Positions 12,661-26,732 of a DNA stretch of 64,000 nt are shown in pieces; position 1 is the first letter of the stretch, and each line of letters opens with the position of its first letter. The DNA is taken from NCBI GenBank assembly GCA_030390025.1, contig CM059426.1, positions 1,116,001-1,180,000 of the forward strand, read 5' to 3'. Position numbers and translations under genes: made by a program. Origin of the DNA: Squalus acanthias (lineage: Eukaryota). Under the pieces are notes generated by a model that ran no database searches, was not told the origin of the DNA, and saw only the letters and a list, made by a program, of their open reading frames with translations.

Positions 12661-12830
12661 ATGGAAACAACAATTGAAAGAGATGAGCAAAGGAAGGTGG
12701 CTTTCTTTGGAGCTGGAGGTCAACGACCTGTTAAAGCAGAGGTCCAAGTTGTATGGGTGGAGATAGTGGAGCGAGTAAATGCAGACTCCCAGGTGTGTCC
12801 AACCTGGAAGCAAATGAAGAAGTGCCACGG
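12661..12830 (+). pseudogene. Decayed Harbinger Myb/SANT exon
   Basis: RKVAFFGAGGQRP..VWVEIVERVNADSQVCPTWKQMKKC resembles the Myb exons at 21400-21639 and 28110-28352. Confidence 0.55.
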
Positions 12831-13484
12831 TAAATGTACCCTCCTTTGTATGTATTCTTACTCTTCCTCCATAGAAGGTATGGCGCAATGTTACTGTTTC
12901 CACCTTGCACACTCAGGGAGATAGCACGCAGAGACCATTTGCCCCTTCTTTCAGTACTCCTCCATACAACAGAAGGTGGAGAACACAATTGCAGTAAGGT
13001 GCAGTAATACTCCTCCACTCCCCAACATCCTCCAGAAAATCAAAGCTTGAAAATTTCCTGGGGAGACCTTGGCAGGGATGGAGCAAAACTTCCACCCTCC
13101 TACTGTCGGCATCCTGTGTAAGATCAGGGTCATTTAAATGTTTTTGAGCAGGTACCTGCGCCATTTCCGATGCATCTGGGGTGCCTACCTAAGCGGGGTG
13201 AGGGTGAGCAGGAAGGGGGAATTTTGTTGCGATCAATTGCATAGCTCCCACCATGGCCCTATCAATGCTAAACACCAAACATGCACTGGCATTACATTAA
13301 AGCAATGTTTGCATTCACCTTTAACAACTACCTGTTCCTTGAAGCTCATTACTTTACTGTACTTTACATATTCACGTCTTACCTTCTGTGTCTTTTTTTC
13401 AAGCTGTGGGACGTTCTTCCAGTCCTCCAGCCAGACCCTACAGCAGCAGATACGGCGTTTACATTCTCTCTGTGACATTGTCAC

Positions 13485-13930
13485 TTTTTGGGCTCAGTTG
13501 GGTGCACTCACGCCTCTGGGTCAGAAGGTTGTGGGGTTCAAGACCCATACCAGCGACTAGGAGAACAAAAACTAGGCTGACACTTCACTGCAGTACTGAG
13601 GGAGTGCTGCACTGTCGGGGGTGCGGTCTTTCAAATGAGACGTTAAACCGAGGCCCCATCTGTCCTCTCAGGTGGATATAAAAGATCCATGGCACTATTT
13701 CGAAGAAGAGCAGGGGAGTTCTCCCTGGTGTCCTGGCCAATATTTATCCCTCAACCAACATCACTGAAAGTAACAGTAAACTGCTGTTTGTGGGACCTTG
13801 CTGTGCGCAAATTGGCTGCCGCGTTTTCTCCGTTAAAACAGTGACTATACTTCAAAAGTACTTCATTGGCCGTAAAGTGCTTTGCGACGTCCTGAGGTTG
13901 TGAAAGGTTCTATATAAATGCAAGTATTTC
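13485..13930 (+). mobile_element. tRNA-headed Deu-domain SINE (SacSINE1-like), near full length
   Basis: A-box gctcagttgg, B-box ggttcaagaccc, Deu-like core and L2-like tail ending tatataaatgcaag. Confidence 0.8.
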
Positions 13931-16900
13931 TTGGTTTTTTTGTATCACATCTGGGGTGGGGGAGGGCATTTCTGCAACATCTGAAAGGTCTTGCCGTTTC
14001 TTCACAATGCAGTTTAGACACTTCAACTTGCTCGGCCTATTTTGCTAAAGTATTGGGCACTGCGTAGCTGCATAATAAACAGGTGCATTGGATATTTGGG
14101 GGGGTGGGGGTGGCGGAGGGACGGGAGGGAGCTGATCCTATGAATGGAATCGCACTCCACCAAAATCACAATTGTTTAGAATGGTGCATTCCTGCCATTT
14201 TGTTAGCAGGGCATAAATTAACATTAAGAAAAGGCAGTTAACCCCAAAAAGCGGAAAATATGGCCCCTAGTCTAACAGTAACTTAAAACGTCATTTGAAC
14301 TTTTAAGGCTGTAACCGGTGCTATCAAGTGTCAGCTTTGCTGTGAAGTTGCCCCCTTCATGAAGCCCTTGCAGTATACAAGTGGTTTTAATCTGCGAGAG
14401 CCTCTTGGATCCAACTGAAGCATTACAAATCAGCGATGAGGTGAGAGAGGTTCACATTGAGTTTGGTGGATCTGACCCAATTCTGCAGGAACAGCGTTCA
14501 GTCGATTCACTCCCTCCATGTGGCAACTGTAATAAACCTAATTCCTTCCCTGTAGTGCAGTGAAATAGCTTAGCCACATGCTTAAGATTTCTCTGACCGC
14601 GGGCTTGAGTCCCATTTGAAATGGAAACAGTACTCTGCTAACTAAAATGTGCTAACTTTTTTTTTTGTTAATTTTCAACATTCCATCCCAGGGAGACCCT
14701 TAACCCTGCAAAAGTTCACCTCCTGCTGCTTAAGCCACAGAGTTAGTGTTGGAAAAGCAGCGAGAAGATTTCTGTCTCCTGACTTGTTCTAATAACTGGG
14801 CGAAACTGTAAAAGTAACAGACTGCTGATTGAGCAGTCTGTTGCCTCAAACCCAAGGGCTCAGTGTTTAAGATCCAGCAGTTGTCAGCACTCAGACCTGT
14901 TTATTACTATGTCAGACGAGTGGGGTTAGGCAGAACTTCATATTAAAAAACCAGCACCCTCACCCGACACTCTAACACTCTGTGATTTAGTTTGCTTCCT
15001 GCGATGGAGTGAGCAGTCCTACATTGAATGTAAAGCGCTTTGGGACGTCCTGAAGCCGTGAAAGGCGCTATATAAATGCATGGGGGGGGGGGGGGGTTGC
15101 CACAGTAGAGTCAGCGAGCCTCTCCCATACAGAGAAGTGAGCAACGATGTACAAGAACAAGAGAGGTAAAAGGAAGGGCGGTGGCACAGCAAATTGGAGG
15201 TCTGCCACAAAGTGACATGACGCAATCATTCCCATAATTCCTGAGTAATCAATATCAGCTGTAACCGAGACAGTAAAAACGCTCGCTTCTGAGTGATCTG
15301 AATAGTAACAAATCATTTGCCCTACTTATGGAAATAAAAACAGGCCTGTTAGGATCGGAAAAGAGTTAAGATAGGCTAAAATTTCAGGCTAAGACTCTTC
15401 ATTAGAACATCATTCAAGTTACATCTGACGCGTTTTGGAGAAATGGCTTGGGTTCCGTGCTATATTTCTAGTTAAGGTTGGAAAGGATCACAATTAGCCA
15501 CCATCTCTCTTTCAATCAAGACTTTAAAGACGCACTTAAATACCCATTTAATGAATCCAATGCAGCAGAGATTACATTCTGATCAGCTAATTATGGTGTA
15601 ACTGCCTGTGGTCAATAAGGAAATGGAATAATTAACAACACATTGGAGAGCTGTAAATCATTTATATATTCCTTGAAAGAATTAATTGTCTCAGCTACAT
15701 TCGTTTCTTTGATATTTTCTGGGTTTTTTTGTTTCGCTTTATCTTTTAGTTTGGGTTCCTTTCTGTAACTCACATGTGTGGGGGTGGGTACGGCTTAACA
15801 TTCAGCTGTCAAGCAGTGGTCTGGAGTTTCCTCCGTGGGCACGACCTGTAAATTAGACCGAAAATACGCCCATGCCTGCGCCCATTCTGCCGCTGTCAAG
15901 TTACGCTCAAATTTCCTGCGAATCTCATTGGAATACGCCTGAACATAAAATGGGCGTAAATCAGTGTTAGCAATCAGGAGATGTGTTCGGGTGGAGGGAT
16001 CGATAGCCGATAGTTAAAGATCAAGGCGATTTCGGCGTATTGTACTTGCGCGCATAACTCATGCCCAAAATTCCACCATCTGTTAAACCGCATACCGAGA
16101 TTGCACATATCTCTGGGTGCAAATATGTAGGGAAGGCCAAGCCACTATCCCATGTGCGTGACTGGCACAGCCTCCAAGCACTATTTCAAGCTTGCACACT
16201 TTGTGTACTGCACAGACTCATTTGATTTAAACACACATTTTCGGCAGGAATTGCTGCCTTGCAAGCCAAAACATCTTGAAGCAGCAAACTACCTTCTAAG
16301 CACATGATGGCAAGTCCACCGACATCGTCTCCATAATATTTCTATGATAATGCTTAAACTTCAAGAATACATTTAGTGGAATGAGATATGCTGCAGCAGA
16401 GACCTTGGCCAGACTGGTGCAGGTAGTAGCAGATAGTGCCTTCACTGCCAGGCTGGCACAGACCAGCTTTGAGAAGTAAGTAAATCAATCTGAATTGTTC
16501 TTTTGGATTGTAGTACAATAAACCCAATTATAAAAAATTCTATTTAGCTTCTCTATTAGATAAGTGCTGCGTGAATCGGTGTCAAATTATTTTTTTGTCT
16601 TAAAATATTCCTGTGAAGCGCCTTGGGACATTTTACTACGTTAAAGGTGCTATATAAATACAAGTTGTTGTTGTTGTTGGAATGAATAAGTGCATTTGCA
16701 ATTTATGACCATATTTAGTTGGCCTCCTAAGAAAGCACAATCTATTCCTAGTTAAAATTAAAATCCAATCCCTGGCTTCTGATGGGAATAGACACCTAGC
16801 TAAAGCAATTAGTGCTGGGCTGACGAGCACCTTATTTTAAAAATAAATATCGTGGCCTGGAAATTCTGTGGGTATTCTCCTGATCTCCCTCCATAACTTT

Positions 16901-19267
16901 GGCAGAAGATCGATGGAACCCCCGAGAAACAGTATAAACAGCTGGAGGTCCAAAATGAAAGACCTCGCACTCCCCTGCATTGAACTGCATCTGCCACAGT
17001 TTTGCCCACTCACTTAATCTGTCTGCGCCCCTTTGTTACTTTCTGCTCCCATCTACACAACTTACTGTTCCTCCTAACTTGATTCTTAACCAAGGCGGTG
17101 TAACGTAGGATGTAAGATTTGATGAGTGTTCTGGAGTTTTGCGTGGTTTACTTTTGAGGGCAGGAAGAACTTTCCAAAATCTTCCCAAGGGAGATTAAAT
17201 TGGTTCTTTGTTGCAAAATTTAATCTGTTGTAGTGTAGTTTGATGGTTTAGAAATTTCAATCAAACAAGTAAAAAGAAAATCTGCTGGTTTAACACTGAC
17301 CTGAAATGAAAACCATTAATAATCCAAGCTTTGGTGCTGACTGCCTCTGAACCAAATTTTTATTTGTGTTAATATTTATTATCGAAAATTTATAGGGCAA
17401 CATCAGCAGAATGCTCAGACATGACTCGAGAGAGCCAGTGAAAAAACACAACGCCGACATATCCTCATTGCTTCAAGTTCAAAATGAAGAGAAAATAAAT
17501 CTTTAAACATATTCTTAGAACGTGTCAGTGCTGACTCAGAGGTCTCCCAAAGACTGGTAATGATTTGTCTTTTTTCCCCTAGAGTGCATCACAAAATTTG
17601 CTACTAAAGTAAATGGGTTCTTCACAACCAACTGCAAATGTTTAATATTTGCGTTTGATGAGAAAAATATCAATTTTTTCAAGATCAGTTTTCTTTCTGA
17701 TTTGCTTCTCAATCAGTCTGCAATCCTGCAATACCTTCCAGACATCTCAGTCTTTCTATATTTTTTGGTGAATTTTATTAAGTGCCAGCTAAACACCGAG
17801 TCCTATAACTTCGCAATGTTCAACATTTGCTTTGCCATCGCAGAAATATAGAATAATAGGCCGTTTCCTTGCTAATAGTTCACTGGAACGATTTCACTCC
17901 ATATTTCTGCAGGACAGACACTGAAACATACAATAATGTGACAATTTTCTATTTGCTGGTAATTATTTTGCGTACTTTAATGCCTGTACATTAATGAATA
18001 TATTCTCGCAAGCCCAGCGCCTGAATTACTGATGCAAATTTACTTATGTGAATATTAAAGTAGCATCTTCAATGTGAAGAGATGTTAACGAACCTTTTTA
18101 TCAATTATTCAAAAATAGCTAATCCACTGATACAGACAGTATCAAAACAGATCGCTAGTGTATGACACCACCATGAGAAATTGGCCCACAGCTCTTCTGG
18201 CTCTTCAACTTCCTCAAACAACAAAAAATGTCAGCCAATTTTCCATCAAGACAGTGCCCCTTTGAGACCTTCTGAAAAAAATCAAACAATTGTCCAGTCA
18301 GTAAATCCTTGACATTCTCTAAACACCATTAGCAGTGTATATGTTAAGCCACACTCTGCAATGAAGCTCCCTGGGTTGACTCTTATCTGCGTCACACTGG
18401 GTCGTGCCACCAGCTCTGGGGACCCAAGCACCAGTAAACTTTGGCATGCAGATCATAACATTTTACTAATTACTACCTTCACAGCCAGGATTAAGCTCCT
18501 TTAGGCAAAACAAACTTTGTCTAGCATTCAAATGTTAATGGAGGTCATTAGGAGGGAAACATGTGCTAAAATGCCTTGTAGAGTTTACTGAAGAAGACTC
18601 AAAGTACATTTTTCACCATTTATTAGACATTGGTTGCCTTAGGTGGTTTCTTGAATCAGCAGTGTTTCATTTTGTGATAGGCTTGAACAATTTAGTCAGT
18701 ATAAAACGGAGAGACTGTTTAATGTCTAGTAATAACCCCAATAGTGTATAGTAATATATTCAGTTTAAACCCCTGGCCGCAAAATTCGGCACCTTAGCGC
18801 CAGCAGTTAAGGCCAGCTTCGGGGTAAAAATGGCGGCCACCTCGCTTCCGGCCACTTCCAGTGCAGCCCGCGCTGGTTGCCATCTTGGTGAGGGCAATAG
18901 CATGGGCGGGACGTACGTGCGCCGGCAGTATGCAGCGTAGGCAGATTGTGACGTCAGTCAGCGTGTAACGCTGATTTGACGCACGACCTGTCATTTTCGA
19001 CGTCGCTATTCTAAACAACGCCCTCTCCTAAACACGCACAGCTGAACGTGAGTTCAACTGCACGAGGGACCTTCCCCGCCCTCCCCCCAGCGCTATTTAA
19101 AGGGATAAATCCAATTAAGTCGATTATTTCTCTTGTACTGGCTCTGCAGAGCTTATATCAATACTGGCTTGCTGGAAGACATTTATGATGTTGTTAAAGT
19201 GTGCAGGACGTTGGGAAAGCAGTGGCTGCAACTGGAAGGCCTCTGACTACACCACTTGCTCCCAGAC

Positions 19268-19940
19268 ATGGGAGCTCTACTTGCAGTCCCCCTCACGCTG
19301 CAGCATGACAGAGAGTTGGAGCAGAGGCAGCAAAGACAAGCTGCTCACAGGAGGAGGAGGAGGGGTGGGAGGAGGGCTTTCAGCAGGAGGTCTTACCCAC
19401 CTGAAATCTCACCCACCTAGGGTCTGCAGGGAGCACTTCTTCTACCAGCACCGAAGCCAGGAGCAGTGTGTTCGGCGGCTCCGCTTCACCAAGGAGGTGG
19501 TCACTGAACTCTGCCGCCTCTTGCAACCAGACCTGCAGCTTCAGAGCAGGGCGACGATGGCTCTGCCAGTAGCCCTCAAGGTGACCGTGGTCTTGAGTTT
19601 TTTCGCCAATGGATCCTTCAAGGCTGGAACAGGCAACATAGCAAATAAATCGCAGTTCGCTGTCCATCACTGCATCTGGGAGGTCACAGAGGCTCTGTAC
19701 TCCAGGAGAAGGAACTTCATTGTCTTCACTCTAGTGAGAAGCAGGAGAAACGCGCACATGGCTTGCCAGGATAGCGGGCTTCCCCATGCTGCAGGGCGCC
19801 AGCGACTGCACACACGTGGCTTTGCGGGCGCTGCATATCAATGGTGAGATGCTCCATAACCACAAAGAGTACCACTCACTTAATGTGCAGTTGGTGTGCG
19901 ACTGCGCCCAGCACATCATGATGGTGAATGCCCGGTATCC
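19268..19940 (+). pseudogene. Harbinger transposase, N-terminal two thirds, frameshifted
   Basis: QCVRRLRFTKEVVTELCRLLQPDL..ALPVALKVTVVLSFFANGSF, then GFPMLQGASDCTHVALRA..HSLNVQLVCD..VNARYP in a second frame. Confidence 0.88.
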
Positions 19941-20189
19941 ATTTTCTTAATTCATTTTTGGGATGTGGGTATCACTGGCAAGTCCAGCCCTTCCCTAATT
20001 GCCCTTGAGAAGGTGGTGGTGAGCCTCCTTCTTGAAGCACTGCAGTCCTTGTGGTGAAGGTACTCCCATAGTGCTTTTCGGGAGGGAGTCCATGATTTTG
20101 ACCCAGCGACGATGAAGGAACGGTGAACGATGAAGAAAGAAACCCCTTTCCACACTTGTAAACTCAGCCACGATGGCAGCAGTTTGATT

Positions 20190-21639
20190 TTACATGGCAG
20201 CAAGCTGAGCCTGCATGACAGAAGTCTGAGCTTCCACTGCAGCACTCAGACATTGGGTCGTTTCCACTTGTGCTGCAATGGAAGCTGCAAGATCGCCCAT
20301 CACACCCAGCATCATGGTTGGATCCACAAGTGCGTTAATGGAGATGCCCATCACTTCCATCCTGGAAGTCATGGGCTCCAAGCTCTGTGAAAAGCCCCAC
20401 GCAATGTTGGAGTCGAACTCCTCCATGCTCCTTGACAGTGACAAGAGGCTCTCTGGCAGGCTTGCCATTGCACCAAGCATTTCTGTGTGCATCCCCATCA
20501 CCCTTCTTCTGAAGGCCGCCCCATTGAGGTCCTCATCTGAGTGTTCTGCAGCAGAACTCGTGTGCGACCTCGCCCTCCAGGGAGCTGGCACCTGCACTAC
20601 CCTTTTCCCCTGGCCTGGCTGCAGCCCACTCATGCCTGGTGACTCACCACATGCAGATCCCGCCTCTATACTACCCGCTAAAGTTCACGCAGTGCCATTT
20701 TCTGAGCTGGTGCCTGGGAGTGTCAGATCGAGTGACGGTGTCTCTTCTCCTCCATCTACTTCTTCCTGCACAGGCTGGGCTGGTGGCACTTCTTGGGCAT
20801 CTGAAAGGATAAAGGCACCAGAGTCAGGTTGTGGTGAGGGGAGCGGGGGGAAAGCAAGATGTGCATGCTTACACCATCAGCAGCTTGTAAGTGAGGAGAG
20901 ATTGTGGGATAAGGGGAAGTGGGATGTGAGAAGAAGGATTAGGAATGAGCATACCATCATCATAGATGCTTTCAGCCTCACTGATTGCCACGACCTCAGT
21001 GACGGCCCCTCCGGTTATCTCCAGAACTCTCTCCTCCAGCTGGGTCAGGTTCTGTAGCCGTGCTTGCCTGTTTGCCTGTTTCCTCTTGCTCGTGCCGGTT
21101 GTGAGGCACCTTGGCCTGCAAGAGAACGGATGGTGTGTCAGTGAGTGTGGTGCAATGTGTTTGGGTGATGTGCTGTCATGGTTGAACAGCTGGCATTGTG
21201 TGCAAGGTGTGAGATGTGAGTGTGAGGCTTGCAACAGTGGTAAGTGTGTGAGGCTGAGGTGGAGCTATGATTGTGAGGTATGAGTCGTGATTGCTAGAGC
21301 ATGTTGGTAGGTCAATGATGGGGGTGCTGTGCATTGAGCAGAGTGAAAGGCTCGTGGTCCAGTTGGTGGGATATGGCATTTGAAGGTGCATTCACTCACC
21401 TTGCCTACTCGTGTGAGGTCATTAAACTTCTTCCGGCACTCGATCCATATCCTGAGGGAAAGACTGGTGACACTGACGGGTTCAGCGATCTCCTCCCACT
21501 GCCTTTGAACAGTGTGTCTGGAAGGCCTCCTGGCCCCCTGTGGGTAGAGGACCTGTCTCCTCCTGTAGACCCCCTGCACCAGGGCCTCCAGTGCTGCATC
21601 CGAGAACCGAGGTGCCCTTTCTCTGCCCTATTGAGACAT
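20190..21639 (-). pseudogene. Three-exon Harbinger Myb/SANT DNA-binding protein gene (exons 21639-21400, 21115-20955, 20800-~20190)
   Basis: ERAPRFSDAALEALVQGV..QWEEIAE..CRKKFNDL; canonical AAG|GTGAGT, TTGCAG|, G|GTATGC and TTTCAG| splice sites; TAG at codon 4. Confidence 0.82.
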
Positions 21640-21644
21640 TGCTA

Positions 21645-22565
21645 ACTTCCAAGTTTGCTGACGACACAAAACTAGGTGAGATTGTGAGTTGTGAGGAGGA
21701 TGCAAAGAGGCTTCAAGGTGATTTAGACAAGTTGAGTGAGTGGGCAAATAGATGGCAGATGCAGTATAACGTGGATAAATGTGAAGTTATCCACTTCGGT
21801 AGGAAAAACAGAAAGGCAGAGTATTATTTAAATGGTGCTAGATTGGGAAATGTTGATGTACAAAGGGACCTGGGTGTCCTATACACCAGTCACTGAAAGC
21901 AAACATGCAGGTGCAGCAAGCAGTTAGGAAGGCAAATGGTATGTTGGCCTTCATTGCAGGAGCAAGGACGTCTTACTACAGTTATACAGGGCCTTGGTGA
22001 GACCACACCTGGAGTACAGTGTGCAGTTTTGGTCTCCTTACCTAAGAAAGGATATTCTTGCCATAGAGGGAGTGCAGCGAAGGTTCACCAGACTGATTCC
22101 TGGGATGGCAGTACTGTCGTATGAGGAGAGATTGGGTCAACTAGGCCTGTATTCACTAGAGTTTAGAAGAATGAGAGGTGATCTCGTGGAAACGTATAAA
22201 ATTCTGACAGGGCTAGACAGACTGGATGCAGGGAGGATGTTTCCCCTGGCTGGGGGGTCTAGAACGAGGGGTCACAGTCTCAGGATACGGGGTAGGACAT
22301 TTAGGACTGAGATGAGGAGAAATTTCTTCACTGAGGGTGGTGAACCTGTGGAATTCTCTACCACAGAAGGCTGTGGAGGCCAAGTCACTGAATATATTTA
22401 AGAAGGAGAGAGATAGATTTCTAGACACAAAAGACATCAAGGGGTATGGGGAGAGAGCGGGAATATGGTATTGAGATAGAGGATCAGCCATGATCATATT
22501 GAATGGCGGAGTAGGCTCGAAGGGCCGAATGGCCTACTCCTGCTCCTATTTTTCTATGTTTCTAT
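21645..22565 (+). mobile_element. CR1 LINE 3' end
   Basis: [24 protein letters not shown] and a (tttctatg)n tail. Confidence 0.92.
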
Positions 22566-22949
22566 CTCTTCGACCAAGGTTTTAGCCACCCTTTCTAATC
22601 TCTACATCCTTGACTCCATGTCTATTTTCCATGCATCAATCCGTGAATGGGAGGTTTTCTACTTTCAAAGCATTGTAATAATGCAAGTTGTTGTTCTTGC
22701 AGTGATTGTCTTCCTGAGCAGTTCACACGAGCAAGGCACTACAGTTGTTACAGGTACCAAGTAATGTAGATCCTACTGACACTCTAAAAGGGGAGAGAGA
22801 TGAATCTCAATTCCATGAGCATATATAGGTATCAAAGCTTACATAAAAACCTTAACTGATACACTCACCTATCATCCACATGTACACAAGCACATGACGC
22901 AAAAAACAAATGCAAAACCATACTGTTTGGATCTTGGAATTGTCAATAA

Positions 22950-25696
22950 TTCTAAATGGTCTAAGAGTGTTAAAAAAAACAAGCCTGAAGGCTTTGTGTC
23001 TTAATGCGAGGAGCATTCATAATAAGGTGAATGAATTAGCTGTGCAAATAGATGTAAACGGATATGATATAATTGGGATTACGGAGACATGGCTCCAGGG
23101 TGACCAAGGCTGGGAATTCAACATCCAGGGGTATTCAATATTCAGGAAGGACAGGCAAAAGGAAAAGGAGGTGGGGTAGCATTGCTGGTTAAAGAGGAGA
23201 TTAACACAATAGTAAGGAAGGATATTAGCTCTGATGATGTGGAATCTGTATGGGTAGAGCTGAGAAATACCAAGGGGCAGAAAATGTTAGTGGGAGTTGT
23301 ATACAGACCCCCAAACAGTAATGCTGAGGTTGGGGATGGCATTAAATGGGAAATTAGAGATGCGTGCAATAAGGGCACAGCAGTTATCATGGGTGACTTT
23401 AATCTACATATAGATTGGGCTAACCAAATTAGTAACAATACTGTGGAGGAGGAATTCCTAGAGTGTATACGGGATGGTTTCCTGGACCAATATGTCGAGG
23501 AACCAACTAGAGATCAGGCCATCTTAGACTGGGTATTATGTAATGAGAAAGGATTAATTAGCAATCTTGTTGTGTGAGGTCCCTTGGGGAGGAGCGATCA
23601 TAATATGATAGAATTCTTCATTAAGATGGAGAGTGAAGTAGTTCACTCAGAGACTAGGGTCCTGAATTTAAATAAAGGAAACTACGATGGTATGAGGCGC
23701 GAGTTGGCTAGGATGGATTGGGGAATGTTACTTAAAGGGTTGACGGTGGATAGGCAATGGCAAACATTTAAAGATCGCATGGATGAACTACAGAATTTGT
23801 TCATCCCTGTTTGGCATAAAAATAAAACAAAAAAGGTGACTCAACCGTGGCTAACAAGGGAAATTAGGGATAGCATAAGATCCAAGGAGGGGACATATAA
23901 ATTGGCCAGAAATAGCAGCAAACCAGAGGAGTGGGAGCAGTTTAGGATTCAGCAAAGGAAGACAAAGGGATTAATTAAGAGGGGGAAATAGAGTATGAGC
24001 GTAAGCTTGCAGGGAACATAAAAACTGACTGTAAAAGCTTCTATAGATATGTGAAGAGAAAAAGATTGGTGACGTCAAGCATAGGTCCCTTGCAGTCAGA
24101 ATCAGGGGAATTTATAATGGGGAACAAAGAAATGGCAGACCAATTAAATACATACTTTGGTTCTGTCTTCATAAAGGAGGACACAAATAAACTCCCAGAG
24201 ATGTTGGGGAACATAGGGTCTAATGAGAGGGAGGAACTGAATGAAATCAGTATTTGTAGGGAAATGGTGTTAGGGAAATTGACGGGATTGAAGGCCGATA
24301 AATCCCCAGGGCCTGATAATCTACATCCTAGGGTACTTAAGGAAGTGGCCCTAGAAATAATAGATGCATTGCTGGTCATCTTCCAAAATTCTATAGACTC
24401 TGGAACAGTTCCCATGGATTGGAGGGTGGCTAATGTAACCCCACTATTGAAAAAAAGTGGTAGAGAGAAAACGGGGAATTATAGACCAGTAAGCCTGACA
24501 TCGGTAGTGGAGAAAATGCTAGAGTCCATTATAAAAGATGTAATAGCAGAGCACTTGGAAAACAGTGACAGGATCGGACAAAGTCAACATGGATTTACAA
24601 AAGTTAAATCATGCTTGACTAATCTACTGGAATTTTTTGAGGATGTAACTGGTAGAATAGATAAGGGAGAACCAGTGGATGTGGTGTATTTGGACTTTCA
24701 GAAGGCTTTTGATAAGGTCCCGCATAAGAGATTAGTGTGCAACGTTAAAGCACATGGGATTGGGGGTAAGGTACTGACTTGGATAGAAAACTGGTTGGCA
24801 GACAGGAAGCAAAGAGTTGGAATAAATGGGTCTTTTTCTGAGTGGCAGGCAGTGACTAGTGGGGTACCGCAGGGATCGGTGCTAGGACCCCAGTTATTCA
24901 CAATATATATTAATGATCTAGACGAGGGAACTAGATGTAATATCTCCAAGTTTGCAGACGACACAAAGCTGGGTGGGCGTGTGTGCTGTGAAGAGGATGC
25001 AGAGAAACTCCAGTATGATTTGGACAGGTTGGGTGATTGGGCAGATGCATGGCAGATGCAGTATAATGTGGATAAATGCGAGGTTATCCACTTTGGTGGC
25101 AAAAACAGGAAGGCAGATTATTATCTGAACGGCAATAGATTGGGAAAAGGGGAAGTGCAACGAGACCTGGGTGTCCTTGTGCACCAGTCGCTGAAGGTAA
25201 GCATGCAGGTGCAGCAGGCGGTTAAGAAGGCAAATAGTATGTTGGCCTTCATAGCGAGAGGATTCGAGTACAGGAGCAAGGAGGTCTTGCTGCAGTTGTA
25301 CAGGGCTTTGGTGAGACCACACCTTGAGTGTTGTGTGCAGTTTTGGTCACCTTAACTGAGGAAGGATGTTCTTGCCATGGAGGGAGTGCAGCGAAGATTC
25401 ACCAGACTGATACCTGGGATGGCAGGAATGACGTATGAAGAGAGATTGGGTCGATTGGGCTTGTATTCGCTAGAGTTTAGAAGAATGAGAGGGGATCTCA
25501 TTGAAACTTATAAAATTCTAACAGGACTAGACAGACTAGATGCAGGAAGGATGTTCCCGATGGCGGGGGAGTCCAGAACCAGGGGTCACAGTCTAAGGAT
25601 AAGGGGTAAGCCATTTAGGACTGAGATGAGGAGGAATTTCTTCACCCAGAGAGTGGTGAACCTATGGAATTATCTACCACAGAAGACAGTTGAACA
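22950..25696 (+). mobile_element. CR1 LINE ORF2 (APE endonuclease + RT), several stops, 3'-truncated
   Basis: LNARSI, GITETWL, MGDFN and SDHN endonuclease motifs; [21 protein letters not shown] and FADD RT motifs. Confidence 0.95.
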
Positions 25697-26052
25697 CTAG
25701 CGCCAGGGAGATTTAAATGAAAGAGATCATGACGTCAGTGAGTGTGCAACGCTCACTTGACGCCCGAACTCCTACATTGTATTTAGCCATTGCACTTACT
25801 GTCAGTGCAGAACAATGACAGGAGAGCTGTCGTTTACCAGCAGGAAGCAGCAGTGATATTTAAAGGCATCATCACTAATCAGTTGCACCTGACATGGTTC
25901 TGTAGTTTCAGTAGCTGTTTGCTACTTCCTGCAACTGAAACAGCTTTCTTTAGTTATTTCAAGGTTTTTTTGGTAACAGGGAGTGTTGCTTCAAGTGCAG
26001 AAGTCTCTCATTATTTTTTAAAGGCTTCTGCTCACAACACTTGCTCACAGTC

Positions 26053-26361
26053 ATGGGGGCTGTACTGGCAGTCGACCTCAGCCTCCAGGATCTACGGCAA
26101 AGGGAGCGGAGGCAGCGAGGAAGAAGGGAACCTGCGCGCAGAGGCAGGAGGAGGACAGCCATGAGGACTCTCACCAGGAGGGCTTACCCACCTAGGGTCT
26201 TCCGACAGCACATCTCCTACCTTCAATTAAGCGAGGAGCAGTGTCTTAGGAGGCTACGCTTCAGCAAGGAGATGGTCACAGAACTCTGCCTCCTCCTGCA
26301 ACCAGACCTGCATCCTGAGAGCAGGGCAAACACGGCTCTCCCAGTGACAGTCAAGGTCACC
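26053..26361 (+). pseudogene. Harbinger transposase N-terminus
   Basis: MGAVLAV..RRAYPPRVFRQHISYLQLSEEQCLRRLRFSKEMVTELCLLLQPDL..ALPVTVKVT. Confidence 0.85.
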
Positions 26362-26503
26362 ATGCCACACCACAACCCCATCATACCATCCCTGTGTCAC
26401 GGAATATCACATTGCTCTCCTGGGCATAAAGCTGAAATGAGATACACCACAAAAGATTCCAAACACAATGATTACATTTATCAATAATCATAAAACTCAT
26501 TGA

Positions 26504-26732
26504 CGTAAGAAAACTACTAGGCACTTGGTCTAAGCGTTAAACAAAGCTTTAATCAACTGTTTTACAACATGGAGATCTAGTTGTCCTTCACTAGTTCCTG
26601 TTAAAGAATGTCCTGAGCAAGCTGGGCCCATGCCCGAGTATTTATACTCTCCCTGGACAGCACCACCAGCAGGCCACCCAGTTCATAAGTAATTTCCCAT
26701 GAATGACAAGATTCATGTCACACATATTTACA
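26504..26732 (-). mobile_element. Probable solo LTR (~229 bp)
   Basis: Minus strand starts TGTAAA, contains TATAAA then ATTAAA and ends TTACG (a mutated TTACA); flanks ttga/atga; partly similar to 62935-63145. Confidence 0.5.

Larger units (their letters stand above)
18775..21645. mobile_element. PIF/Harbinger DNA transposon, internally deleted, right end lost
   Basis: Left TIR GGCCGCAAAATTCGG; convergent transposase (+) and Myb/SANT gene (-). Confidence 0.85.

Noticed and set aside
13485-13560. tRNA gene
   Set aside because: It is the tRNA-like head of a SINE and continues into the SINE body.
19185-19940. Domesticated HARBI1 gene
   Set aside because: It is frameshifted, truncated and inside a TIR-bounded element, so it is a transposon relic.
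20278-21057. 259-aa plus-strand ORF
   Set aside because: It is the antisense shadow of the Harbinger Myb gene and crosses its intron.
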